IMG/VR virus record: IMGVR_UViG_3300037722_000477
Location: 1-43,846 of that record
Source: a virus
Taxonomy: Duplodnaviria; Caudoviricetes
Direction: 5' to 3' (one strand)
DNA length: 43,846 nt
In this document: positions 26,255 to 33,757 of the stretch, piece after piece
Layout: each line of letters begins with the position of its first letter
How positions within the stretch are numbered: the first letter of the stretch is position 1
Position numbers and translations under genes: made by a program
Notes under the pieces: generated by a model
What the model saw: only the letters and a program-made list of their open reading frames with translations
Databases searched by the model: none
Told to the model about the DNA's origin: nothing

Positions 26255-27123
26255 GTGTTTACGCCGCCAACCGCATGGGCTTCCACACCGACCAGATTTC
26301 CATGACCGTCCGACACGAACATGTCGGCGGCCTGCTCGTCCCGTTCCTCTCCGCGCATCTCGTGATTCCGCCGCGCACCTTGCACCAATGGCACCTGATC
26401 GACCTGTGCCATAGCGGGCCGGATCCGGCACAGCCCTGGCTGGCCCTGACCCCGGTATTCCGTGTCCGCGCGATGGGCACCGCCCCGCCGACCGATGTCT
26501 ATTCGCGGGTCGTCAGCGCGTGGTGTACCGCGTTCGACGGGACCAATCTGGTCTCCGCGATTCAGACGGATCGGCACGTCCAGTACAACGCCGACCTGCC
26601 GTACGATGCGGCGTGGGATGACCTGCGCACGACGAACGCCCAGTTCCAGGCGTTCGCCTCGCGGGGGGCGTGGCCCGCCGGGTATGCCGATGCGGCGTAC
26701 TTCCGGCTCGAGGCGGAACGCGCGGCTGGGCACGGGCAGGGGACGCCCCCGCTCGGCATCGCGCAGATCAACATCTTCGCGGGCCCCGAAGTCCAGGAGG
26801 GCAGCACGACGCAGGACGGCACGATGGCGTTCCGCGAGCAGGCGAAAGGGCTGACGCGCGAAGGCCAGCAAGAGGCCTACGGCAAGGTGCGCTTGCCGAT
26901 TCCCCGCGGCGCACAGGAGGGGCTGTTCTTCCTCCAGATTTCGACGTGGGCGCGCGGGATGGTCCTGGCCGATGGTTTCGAGCTGCGAGCCGCCATGCCG
27001 GAGTTCGCGCCCACGGCCCCGCCGCCGCCCCCGCCGTCCGGCGATCCGGTGCGTGAGGCGGTGCTGGTGTTCCTGCCGCATCTGCGGACGTTCAATGCCG
27101 CGATGCAAGCGGAGGGGCTGTAA
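26251..27123 (+). CDS. Hypothetical protein at expected endolysin position
   Basis: AAGGAG SD; 290 aa; Pro linker near C-terminus; no lysin motif recognised. Confidence 0.7.
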   Translation: MSVYAANRMGFHTDQISMTVRHEHVGGLLVPFLSAHLVIPPRTLHQWHLIDLCHSGPDPAQPWLALTPVFRVRAMGTAPPTDVYSRVVSAWCTAFDGTNLVSAIQTDRHVQYNADLPYDAAWDDLRTTNAQFQAFASRGAWPAGYADAAYFRLEAERAAGHGQGTPPLGIAQINIFAGPEVQEGSTTQDGTMAFREQAKGLTREGQQEAYGKVRLPIPRGAQEGLFFLQISTWARGMVLADGFELRAAMPEFAPTAPPPPPPSGDPVREAVLVFLPHLRTFNAAMQAEGL

Positions 27124-27325
27124 CACGCGGCAGCCGGTGATGATGGATCCGCGTGCGTTGGCAGGTCCGCAGGTAGTCCTTGTGCAGCTGACACCAGCGC
27201 TTGCGGACGCGCCCCTCGACGATGCGGACGCGGCAGCCGCAGTCCCAGGTGTAGAGCGTGGGCGGCGTGATCACCAGCGAGCGATCCGCCGCCCGGCGCC
27301 ACCAGCGTCTCAGCCATCGAAACAT
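27092..27325 (-). CDS. Small basic Cys-containing protein
   Basis: GGAGG SD; TGATG coupling; WDCGC..WCQLH. Confidence 0.45.
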   Translation of the reverse strand: MFRWLRRWWRRAADRSLVITPPTLYTWDCGCRVRIVEGRVRKRWCQLHKDYLRTCQRTRIHHHRLPRVTAPPLASRH

Positions 27326-27570
27326 CAGCGTGCCTCCCGTAACTCATACCCGCCATCGATCAAATGCAGTTCCACACGCTGCGCGTACGGCGACTCCGGA
27401 TACAGGGTCCGCGCCATCATGTGCAGCCAGGCGACGGCCCCGGCGTAGCTCTCGACCCGCGTCTCATGCTGGTGGCCGTCCTGTTCGATCCAGACGGCAA
27501 AGCCAGCCAGGGGTTCCGTGGTCAGGCCGGCGCGGATCTCGGAGTCGTGCAGGGCCTGGAAGATATCCAA
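27325..27570 (-). CDS. Hypothetical protein (xQALHDSEI family)
   Basis: TTG start 10 nt after extended -10 TGTGcTAGACT (27581-27591). Confidence 0.55.
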   Translation of the reverse strand: MDIFQALHDSEIRAGLTTEPLAGFAVWIEQDGHQHETRVESYAGAVAWLHMMARTLYPESPYAQRVELHLIDGGYELREAR

Positions 27571-27599
27571 CGCGGGCGGCAGTCTAGCACAGGGGCACA

Positions 27600-27673
27600 T
27601 GGCTGGCGAGCGTGGATTCGAACCACGATACGCACCTTCAAAGAGTGCTGTCCTGCCATTGAACGACTCGCCA
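27600..27673 (-). tRNA. tRNA-Gln: tRNA-Gln(UUG)
   Basis: Acceptor TGGCGAG/CTCGCCA, loop CT-TTG-AA, T-loop TTCGAAT, encoded CCA. Confidence 0.92.
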
Positions 27674-27699
27674 AATATGAGCACGGCTGGCACGAGTTA

Positions 27700-27903
27700 T
27701 TACCGGCGCCACCTGGAAACCTCTCGACCGAGCTTCCTATCGCTGAGCGATCGGATGTCTCCGCACGGCACGCGGCCGCGCTCTTTGAGGATGACCACTC
27801 TACCGCTCGTACGCTCAACAAACTTGTCGATGAATCGCTCGCCGGACTTCAGCACTACGTAGACGGTGCGCCCGCGAAACGTCGCCGTGTGACCTTGCCG
27901 CAT
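27700..27903 (-). CDS. Small basic protein inside tRNA cluster
   Basis: H..TFRG..VYVVLKSGERFIDKFVER; fills gap between tRNAs. Confidence 0.6.
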   Translation of the reverse strand: MRQGHTATFRGRTVYVVLKSGERFIDKFVERTSGRVVILKERGRVPCGDIRSLSDRKLGREVSRWRR

Positions 27904-27925
27904 GACCCCATTTACTCGTCTTTGA

Positions 27926-27998
27926 TCGGAGCGGCGGGCATCGAACCCGCATCGCTCGGTTTAAAAGACCGACGCTCTGCCAGTTGAGCTACGCTCCG
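27926..27998 (-). tRNA. tRNA-Lys: tRNA-Lys(UUU)
   Basis: Acceptor CGGAGCG/CGCTCCG, stem TCGGT/ACCGA, loop CT-TTT-AA; followed by TCA rather than CCA. Confidence 0.92.
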
Positions 27999-28007
27999 CG
28001 TAAGAGC

Positions 28008-28082
28008 TGGTAGCGGCGCAGAGGATCGAACTCTGTTTCCTCGGGTGAAAACCGAGTTTCCTAACCAATGGAAGACGCCGCC
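28008..28082 (-). tRNA. tRNA-Glu: tRNA-Glu(UUC)
   Basis: Acceptor GGCGGCG/CGCCGCT, loop TT-TTC-AC, T-loop TTCGATC, CCA. Confidence 0.92.
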
Positions 28083-28116
28083 GTGGTCTACGGTTGGCGT
28101 TTGCGTTCGCGGAAGG

Positions 28117-28193
28117 TGGAGGCTGCGGCCGGAGTCGAACCGGCGACCGCTCGATTACGAATCGAGTGCTCTGCCGACGTGAGCTTCGCAGCC
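28117..28193 (-). tRNA. tRNA-Thr: tRNA-Thr(CGU)
   Basis: Acceptor GGCTGCG/CGCAGCC, loop TT-CGT-AA, T-loop TTCGACT, CCA; atypical A8. Confidence 0.88.
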
Positions 28194-28227
28194 CTCGTCG
28201 TTGTGCCGTCGCCCGTCATGATGCCGA

Positions 28228-28238
28228 AGTGTAGCACA
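28228..28238 (-). promoter_or_regulatory. Extended -10 promoter for tRNA cluster
   Basis: TGTGc-TACACT ~35 nt upstream of tRNA-Thr. Confidence 0.55.
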
Positions 28239-28417
28239 CCCCGGCCCAATGTCCGTCTCTCTCTGACACGCTGTAGGACGGCGGCTGACGTGCCGCCCCC
28301 GTGCGCACACGTGCGGACCCGGCATATTGCGAGCTCGACCAGCCCGGGTGTAGGCTCTCGCGCGAAAGGCGGCTCACATGGCGGCGTCGGTCTTGCGTCC
28401 TAGGTTCGCGGCGACGA

Positions 28418-29032
28418 CTACCCGGCCTTGGCGTCGTCATCCGTCCGTCGCGTCGTCCCTCCGCGCCGACCGCGCCGAGCTCCTCCGGCTGGTCGCTCGA
28501 TTACCGCGGTCTCATCGTCGGCTGCTCCTGGCTTGGGCGCGACGATGGTCTTCCCGTGCCGCAGAGATGCATCGATAGTCTGCTCCACGAGGCGGCGATC
28601 CGCCGCACTCAGTCGGCGCATCTTCGACCACCACAAGCGTTGCGCGCGCTCCTCTGGGAGCAGCCCGCCGAAGTAATCGAACAAGACCATGATCTGCTGC
28701 TGAATGTCGGCCGGGAAGTTGCGCCAATGCGTGAGCAAGCGATATTCACCTGGTCCCACCTCGATCATCTTCGTGTCGTTCCGGTGAATCAGGAGCGACG
28801 GCGGGACGCCGAGATAGTCCGCAATGGTGTCGAGATACCGAAGCAACCCGCGCGTGGAGGCCGGCTGCGTCAGGAGTTCGCTGATCGCGCTGTCGCCAAT
28901 CTGGAGACGCTTCGACAAGCCGCGCTGTGTCCGCCGGAACTGAATCGCGGTCAGCTTCTCGGCGTCCAGTCGCTCACGGATTCGGCGCTGGAGGCGTTCG
29001 GCCGCAGTTTCTCTCAGCGGACTCTTGGCCAC
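28418..29032 (-). CDS. CI-like XRE helix-turn-helix repressor (no S24 peptidase domain seen)
   Basis: TQRGLSKRLQIGDSAISELL...LDTIADYLGVPPSLL; divergent from Cro-like gene. Confidence 0.8.
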   Translation of the reverse strand: MAKSPLRETAAERLQRRIRERLDAEKLTAIQFRRTQRGLSKRLQIGDSAISELLTQPASTRGLLRYLDTIADYLGVPPSLLIHRNDTKMIEVGPGEYRLLTHWRNFPADIQQQIMVLFDYFGGLLPEERAQRLWWSKMRRLSAADRRLVEQTIDASLRHGKTIVAPKPGAADDETAVIERPAGGARRGRRGGTTRRTDDDAKAG

Positions 29033-29074
29033 GGCATGTGATCTAGCACGGTCAGCATGGGCGGGTTTCCTGAG

Positions 29075-29091
29075 TTTCGGTGTTACCGAAA
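29075..29091. promoter_or_regulatory. Operator-like 17-bp palindrome TTTCGGT-GTT-ACCGAAA (related sites 29137-29153, 29374-29390, 29468-29484)
   Basis: Shared TCGG-N5-CCGAA dyad clustered at the switch. Confidence 0.65.
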
Positions 29092-29098
29092 ATAGTGC

Positions 29099-29127
29099 TT
29101 GACTCCGGGCGGGGACGCGGAGAGAAT
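29099..29127 (+). promoter_or_regulatory. Rightward early promoter, probably leaderless cro mRNA
   Basis: TTGACT-17-GAGAAT; ATG begins 7 nt after the -10 with no SD. Confidence 0.65.
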
Positions 29128-29133
29128 CCGCTC

Positions 29134-29409
29134 ATGCCTCGGAAATCCCGAAACACGCAGCCCGCGACCTCCGCCACGCTCCAGGAATGGATGCAGCAGA
29201 CGGGCACGAACGCCACGATGTTGCTGGAGATGATGCGCGCCAAGGGCTGGAGTTACAGCCACGGGCACATGTCAAGCGTCTTGACCCGGTCCTATCGCTG
29301 CTCGGCGATTCTGGCGATTCGCCTCAACGAGATTACGGGGGTCCCCATCAAGAACTTGATGGCCTGGCCGCCGGCTCGGAACTCACGAACTTCTAGGCCA
29401 GCCGCCTAA
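29134..29409 (+). CDS. Cro-like HTH protein
   Basis: TLQEWM...SHGHMSSVL..S..CSAILAIRLNEITGVPI; divergent from CI-like gene. Confidence 0.75.
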   Translation: MPRKSRNTQPATSATLQEWMQQTGTNATMLLEMMRAKGWSYSHGHMSSVLTRSYRCSAILAIRLNEITGVPIKNLMAWPPARNSRTSRPAA

Positions 29410-29423
29410 CTTTCGAGGACGAA

Positions 29424-30005
29424 ATGCTAGGGAAACACACAAGGTCGCATAGGAGACGTGATGATAACTTCGGAGTATCCGAAGTACCACCGAGCGCCGC
29501 GCAGAAATTCTACAACCGTCTGACTCAGGGCGCCGCCGACGAATGCTGGCTGTGGCAGGGCGCCACGACACGCGACGGCTACGGCCAGTTGTGGATCGGC
29601 CCCGGTCGGCTGGAAGGTGCGCATCGGCTGGCATGGGTATTGTCGCACGGTTTCATTCCCGCCGGCATGTGGGTCCTCCATCAGTGCGATCGGCCGGCCT
29701 GCTGCAATCCCAAGCATCTCTTTCTCGGTAATCAGCTCGCGAATATGCAGGACGCTGCGGCGAAAGGCCGGCTCCATGTCGCGCGCCCGTCCGGCCACAA
29801 GGTGTCTACCGCCGAACTGGCTGAGATCGATGCCCTGCTCGCGTCTGGCGTGCTTAAGTCCCACATTGCCAAGCGTTTCAGCGTGAGCCTGACTTGGATC
29901 AGCCTCTACGCGCGAGGCCTGCGCCGTCAGTATGACCGCCCCTCGCTGGAGAGGACGGCGTCAGGCCATGAGCCACACAGAGGAGAAAGAACCTGTGTCG
30001 CGTAG
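29424..30005 (+). CDS. HNH homing endonuclease with C-terminal HTH
   Basis: ECWLWQG..GYG..AHRLAW..VLHQCDRPACCNPKHLFLG...NMQD...KGR; start uncertain. Confidence 0.88.
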   Translation: MLGKHTRSHRRRDDNFGVSEVPPSAAQKFYNRLTQGAADECWLWQGATTRDGYGQLWIGPGRLEGAHRLAWVLSHGFIPAGMWVLHQCDRPACCNPKHLFLGNQLANMQDAAAKGRLHVARPSGHKVSTAELAEIDALLASGVLKSHIAKRFSVSLTWISLYARGLRRQYDRPSLERTASGHEPHRGERTCVA

Positions 30006-30237
30006 GGGGCCGGGTCGGCAGTCCGATCGACAGGATCCTCGCGCAGTCCGCGCCGACGTGGCCCCATCGATTGAGTCGCTGGCATACCAAGCGCGGGTGG
30101 CCGCTGACAACCGTCCGTGCGGCACAGCGCGGTGCGTGGATGACTTCCCTGGTATGCCATCGCGCTGGTGCAGCGGCTGTCTCATCGATGCACTTCTCCA
30201 GCGACTCAGCGACTCCACAGCACGAGGTCAGTCGTGA
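29968..30237 (+). CDS. Hypothetical protein
   Basis: GGAGAGG SD; C...C...WCSGC. Confidence 0.5.
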   Translation: MSHTEEKEPVSRRGPGRQSDRQDPRAVRADVAPSIESLAYQARVAADNRPCGTARCVDDFPGMPSRWCSGCLIDALLQRLSDSTARGQS

Positions 30238-30336
30238 TGCCCCTCTGTCTCTCCATCGCCCTGTGCCTGCTGTTCCAACTGGTGAGTGTGGGCGGGCTCA
30301 CGCAGATCGCCCTGTGGGCCCACAAAGGAGCGCGTC

Positions 30337-30615
30337 ATGTCTGAGTCTGTGGTGACGTTTATTCATCCGACCGCCCGTGTGCATCCGACGGCGATCATCC
30401 GCGCGGGCGCGGTCATCGGCGCGGGCGCGGACATCGGCGCGGGCAAGGCCGGGTACGCGCTGGAGCAGCAGGTTGGCTCGGCGGCGGCGGGCGGAATGAT
30501 CTACCGCGCGAGCACGGGGCGCTGGCCGGACTTCTACGCGACCAACGAGGAGGCGCTGGCGGACATCCGGCGTCAGGCCGAGGCGGATCCGCTGCCCGCG
30601 ACGGAGGAACAGTGA
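30337..30615 (+). CDS. Short hexapeptide-repeat protein, possibly internally deleted
   Basis: IHPTARVHPTAIIRAGAVIGAGADIG then AG.ALE..IY.AS..PDFYA.NEEALAD. Confidence 0.65.
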   Translation: MSESVVTFIHPTARVHPTAIIRAGAVIGAGADIGAGKAGYALEQQVGSAAAGGMIYRASTGRWPDFYATNEEALADIRRQAEADPLPATEEQ

Positions 30616-30977
30616 CAAAGGACCACGACGACTCGCGCGTGGACACGATGGGCATCTCCAGCGAGAGCCCTACCGCATCCACCAACGAAACGAAGGCGGC
30701 AACGGTTTATCCCATGCATACGCCTGGGCCTTGGCGCATCAGTGATCTGGATCGGTGCGTTGTTGGACCCGTTCGCATGCTGAAGGACAGGAACAGCGGC
30801 ACGGAGATTCAGCAGATGCAAGCGGTCGCGCGTGTATCGAGCCGCACGGGAGAGACGGCAGCCAACGCGAACCTGATCGCCGCCGCGCCTCGCATGTATG
30901 AGCGGATCGTAAAACTCGCATCCGATGGTGACGCGGAGGCTCTTGCCATAGTGGAGCAGGTTCATGAGCGCAGCTAA
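30612..30977 (+). CDS. Phage protein of the HTPGPW...ANAxLIAAAP family
   Basis: MHTPGPWRI...AANANLIAAAP. Confidence 0.7.
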   Translation: MTKDHDDSRVDTMGISSESPTASTNETKAATVYPMHTPGPWRISDLDRCVVGPVRMLKDRNSGTEIQQMQAVARVSSRTGETAANANLIAAAPRMYERIVKLASDGDAEALAIVEQVHERS

Positions 30978-31476
30978 GGGTTCAGTGCCCTGGAACGCTG
31001 GAACCGGCAAAGGCTGGACTGATCCGCGTGGCTATCGGTGGCGATACGTGCTCGAAAACGGACGCAGGCGCGCTCGTCGTGAACACCGAGTTCTTGTAGA
31101 GGAGCACCTTGGTAGACGGTTGGAGCCGTGGGAAGTCGTTCACCACAGAAACGGCGACCCCTCGGATAACAGTCTGGCGAATCTGGAAGTTAAGGAATTC
31201 GGAGCACACACGGCTGATCACCATATGGGGAGTCGTCATTCCTACGAGGCGCGTCGGACGATGGAGGCGTTTGCACTCCTGAGAGAGGAGTTGCGGCATC
31301 AGCGCACCATCAATGCTGACCTGCTGGCTGCGCTGAAGCAACTGGACGAGTTCCAGCGCACGTACGAACGCTTGGCGTACGACTCGATGCCAGGGAACAG
31401 CCATTACGCCGGATGGCTGATGCGGATTGTGGAAGCCGCTCGCACCGCCATCGCCAAGGCCGAAGGTCAGTCATGA
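30964..31476 (+). CDS. HNH endonuclease with fused C-terminal helical segment
   Basis: GYR...EHRVLVEEHLGRRL...EVVHHRNGD.SDN...NL; tail DLLAALK...AIAKAEG. Confidence 0.85.
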   Translation: MSAAKGSVPWNAGTGKGWTDPRGYRWRYVLENGRRRARREHRVLVEEHLGRRLEPWEVVHHRNGDPSDNSLANLEVKEFGAHTADHHMGSRHSYEARRTMEAFALLREELRHQRTINADLLAALKQLDEFQRTYERLAYDSMPGNSHYAGWLMRIVEAARTAIAKAEGQS

Positions 31477-31682
31477 GCACACCGTTCCAGTACTTCACCG
31501 GCAAAGAGTATCGCCCGACCGAGGAACTCCGCGACTACTTCGCCGCGCAAGCGCTGCGCGTCACGCTCGGCGCCAGCACTGACAAAGATGGATGGTGCGA
31601 CTTCACGGGGGCCGCCGTAGCGGCCTATCAAGCCGCCGACGCGATGTTGGCCGCTCGTGAGCAGGGAGCTACGCATGGCTAG
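31473..31682 (+). CDS. Phage protein of the LRDYFAA...AYxxADAML family
   Basis: LRDYFAAQAL...AYQAADAMLAAR. Confidence 0.75.
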   Translation: MSTPFQYFTGKEYRPTEELRDYFAAQALRVTLGASTDKDGWCDFTGAAVAAYQAADAMLAAREQGATHG

Positions 31683-31917
31683 CACACCGGACCAGGCGCT
31701 CCAGGACCTCGCGCTCGAGTCGCAGTCGCGCGGTGGCGAGTTGTTGCCGCGCGATGGCCATCTCGACGCGGAGGTTCTGCCGGCGCAGTCGGGCGGCGTG
31801 GACGGCGGCACGGCTGAGGACCGCGCGTTTGATGTCGCGATGCAGGGCTTTCAGCGTGGGCTGCGGCGGGCGCTGGAGGTGACGGACTCCGTCCCCGTCA
31901 CTCCCGGCAAAGGGTGA
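31675..31917 (+). CDS. Hypothetical protein
   Basis: GGGAG SD; overlap with upstream stop. Confidence 0.45.
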   Translation: MASTPDQALQDLALESQSRGGELLPRDGHLDAEVLPAQSGGVDGGTAEDRAFDVAMQGFQRGLRRALEVTDSVPVTPGKG

Positions 31918-31927
31918 ATCGTTCGTC

Positions 31928-32281
31928 ATGGACCAGATGGTAGCGAGCCGGCGCGGGGACAGTCATCGCATCTCTCTTGAGGACGTGCGCCCGTCCATGG
32001 CGAAAGCCGATCTCACTTCCGTTGAGACCGCGCATTTTCAATCGGAAATTGGACGGTGTGTGCAGCGGGCGATTTCGATCCTGGGGTGGTCGAACAAGGA
32101 AGCGGCGGGGGAGATGGGAATTGACCCGGCGCAGTTGTCGCGGTGGATCGCGGGCACGGAACGGCCGCAGTTGGACCGGCTCTTTCGGGTGGCCGCGTTG
32201 CGGCAGCCGCTGGTGATTGCGCTCGCGGCGCTGGCCGGGGCGGACGTGGATACGCGGATTTCGTTCAGGAGGAGCGCGTAA
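31928..32281 (+). CDS. XRE-family HTH regulator (CII-like position)
   Basis: GWSNKEAAGEMGIDPAQLSRWIAGTERP. Confidence 0.8.
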   Translation: MDQMVASRRGDSHRISLEDVRPSMAKADLTSVETAHFQSEIGRCVQRAISILGWSNKEAAGEMGIDPAQLSRWIAGTERPQLDRLFRVAALRQPLVIALAALAGADVDTRISFRRSA

Positions 32282-32955
32282 TGTGTGAGTTTCTGTCAGT
32301 CCTCGTCGTGAGAAACGGCGATGTCCGGCATCACCCGATGCTGGATTCCCACAGCGATCTCATCGCCTATTTCAATCTGCCCGACGACCGGCCGTATCAC
32401 CAGCACTTCGCCAAGGCTGAACTCACACCCAGGGACTGGCTCGACCCCGATACCTGGACGTGGCGGATCGATGAAGAGACGCGCCCGTCATGGCTCGACG
32501 ATGTCGAGGCGGGCGCGGAAAAGAAGACGCGGGCGATTGCGCGCCGGATGATCCTCACCGATGTCACTCGGATCCCGAAGCTCATCGTGGATGGGTGCTG
32601 GATCGTCGGGGGCAAGGCGGTGGTCCGTGACGTGCGCGGCGGGCGAATCATCCGCGTGCAGGACACAGCCCGCCTGGAGACGCTGCGGGGCTCGGCGCAG
32701 GTGACCGACGTGGGGGGCTCGGCGCAGGTGACCGACGTGGGGGACTCGGCGCAGGTGACCGACGTGGGGGACTCGGCGCAGGTGACCGACGTGTGGGGCT
32801 CGGCGCAGGTGACCGACGTGGGGGACTCGGCGCGGGTGACCCACGTGCGGGGCTCGGCGCAGGTGACCGACGTGGGGGGCTCGGCGCAGGTGACCGACGT
32901 GGGGGCTGGCGTCCATCTGGATGATTCAGCCAAGGCGCATCTGGTCAAGGCGTGA
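32281..32955 (+). CDS. Phage protein with 9-aa tandem repeats (solenoid)
   Basis: MCEFLS..DSHSDLI..AELTP..D..RPSW N-domain plus 8x GSAQVTDVG. Confidence 0.8.
   Translation: MCEFLSVLVVRNGDVRHHPMLDSHSDLIAYFNLPDDRPYHQHFAKAELTPRDWLDPDTWTWRIDEETRPSWLDDVEAGAEKKTRAIARRMILTDVTRIPKLIVDGCWIVGGKAVVRDVRGGRIIRVQDTARLETLRGSAQVTDVGGSAQVTDVGDSAQVTDVGDSAQVTDVWGSAQVTDVGDSARVTHVRGSAQVTDVGGSAQVTDVGAGVHLDDSAKAHLVKA
32689..32904 (+). repeat. 27-bp coding tandem repeat x8
   Basis: Unit GGCTCGGCGCAGGTGACCGACGTGGGG, head-to-tail, no spacers. Confidence 0.92.
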
Positions 32956-33026
32956 GCGCGATACCCGTCACGACGCCTGACTAAGCAGAGCAGACGCGAG
33001 AGAGGGAGAGGAGTAGTCGAAGCGAT

Positions 33027-33692
33027 ATGGCCGACACCACGAAGCGAAGCGGGCTGGAACTGTTGAGGGAGCCATTTCCCCCTCATCACATCTCGAAGCT
33101 CCCGAAGCCATTCAAGAAGGATTCCCCAAAGGGCAAGTGCCAAGAGTGCGGCGGCTATCACGGGCTGCCCGCCCTGCACCTGGACTACGTCGGTCATGCG
33201 GCGCTGACGGATCGCCTGCTCGACGCCGATCTGACGTGGACCTGGGAGCCGGTGCCAGATCCCAAGAGCCTCGGCCTGCCGGTCGCTGGCGAGGGCCTGT
33301 GGATTCGCCTCACGGTCTGCGGCGTGACGCGGTTCGGATTCGGGTGCGCTGATGGGAAATCTGGCGGCGATGCGGTCAAGGAAATGATCGGCGATGCGCT
33401 CCGCAACGCGGCGATGCGGTTCGGCGCGGCGCTGGACCTGTGGCACAAGGGCCAACTCCACGAGGACGAGGAGTCGGACACGACGCCAGAACCGACGAGG
33501 GTGAAGGCACCAGAGGGCTTCGAGAACTGGCTGGCCGACATGGAAGCCGTCGCAGACGAGGGCACGGACGCGCTCAAGGCGGCGTGGAAGACGTCGCAGC
33601 CGTACATGCGGAAGTATCTCCAAGACACCAACCCGGCGAAGGTCGATGCGCTCAAGGCCAAGGCGGCGCGCAACGTGGCGGTGCCGGCGTGA
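33027..33692 (+). CDS. Rad52/Sak-like single-strand annealing protein
   Basis: LDYVGHAALTDRLL..D..WTWEP..LWIRLTVCGVTR.G.G..KE.IGDALRNAAMRFG.ALDLW. Confidence 0.85.
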   Translation: MADTTKRSGLELLREPFPPHHISKLPKPFKKDSPKGKCQECGGYHGLPALHLDYVGHAALTDRLLDADLTWTWEPVPDPKSLGLPVAGEGLWIRLTVCGVTRFGFGCADGKSGGDAVKEMIGDALRNAAMRFGAALDLWHKGQLHEDEESDTTPEPTRVKAPEGFENWLADMEAVADEGTDALKAAWKTSQPYMRKYLQDTNPAKVDALKAKAARNVAVPA

Positions 33693-33757
33693 TCGGCCGC
33701 CGCTTCGGATCCGTGGTCGTAGTTGCCGAGGCTGGGCACGCAGAAAGGCCGAGGCCG

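Noticed and set aside
27600-28193. tRNA 3' ends as attP
   Set aside because: All four are full-length genes and no integrase is adjacent.
32689-32904. Possible CRISPR array
   Set aside because: Units are contiguous with no spacers, are in-frame within a CDS, and no cas genes are present.
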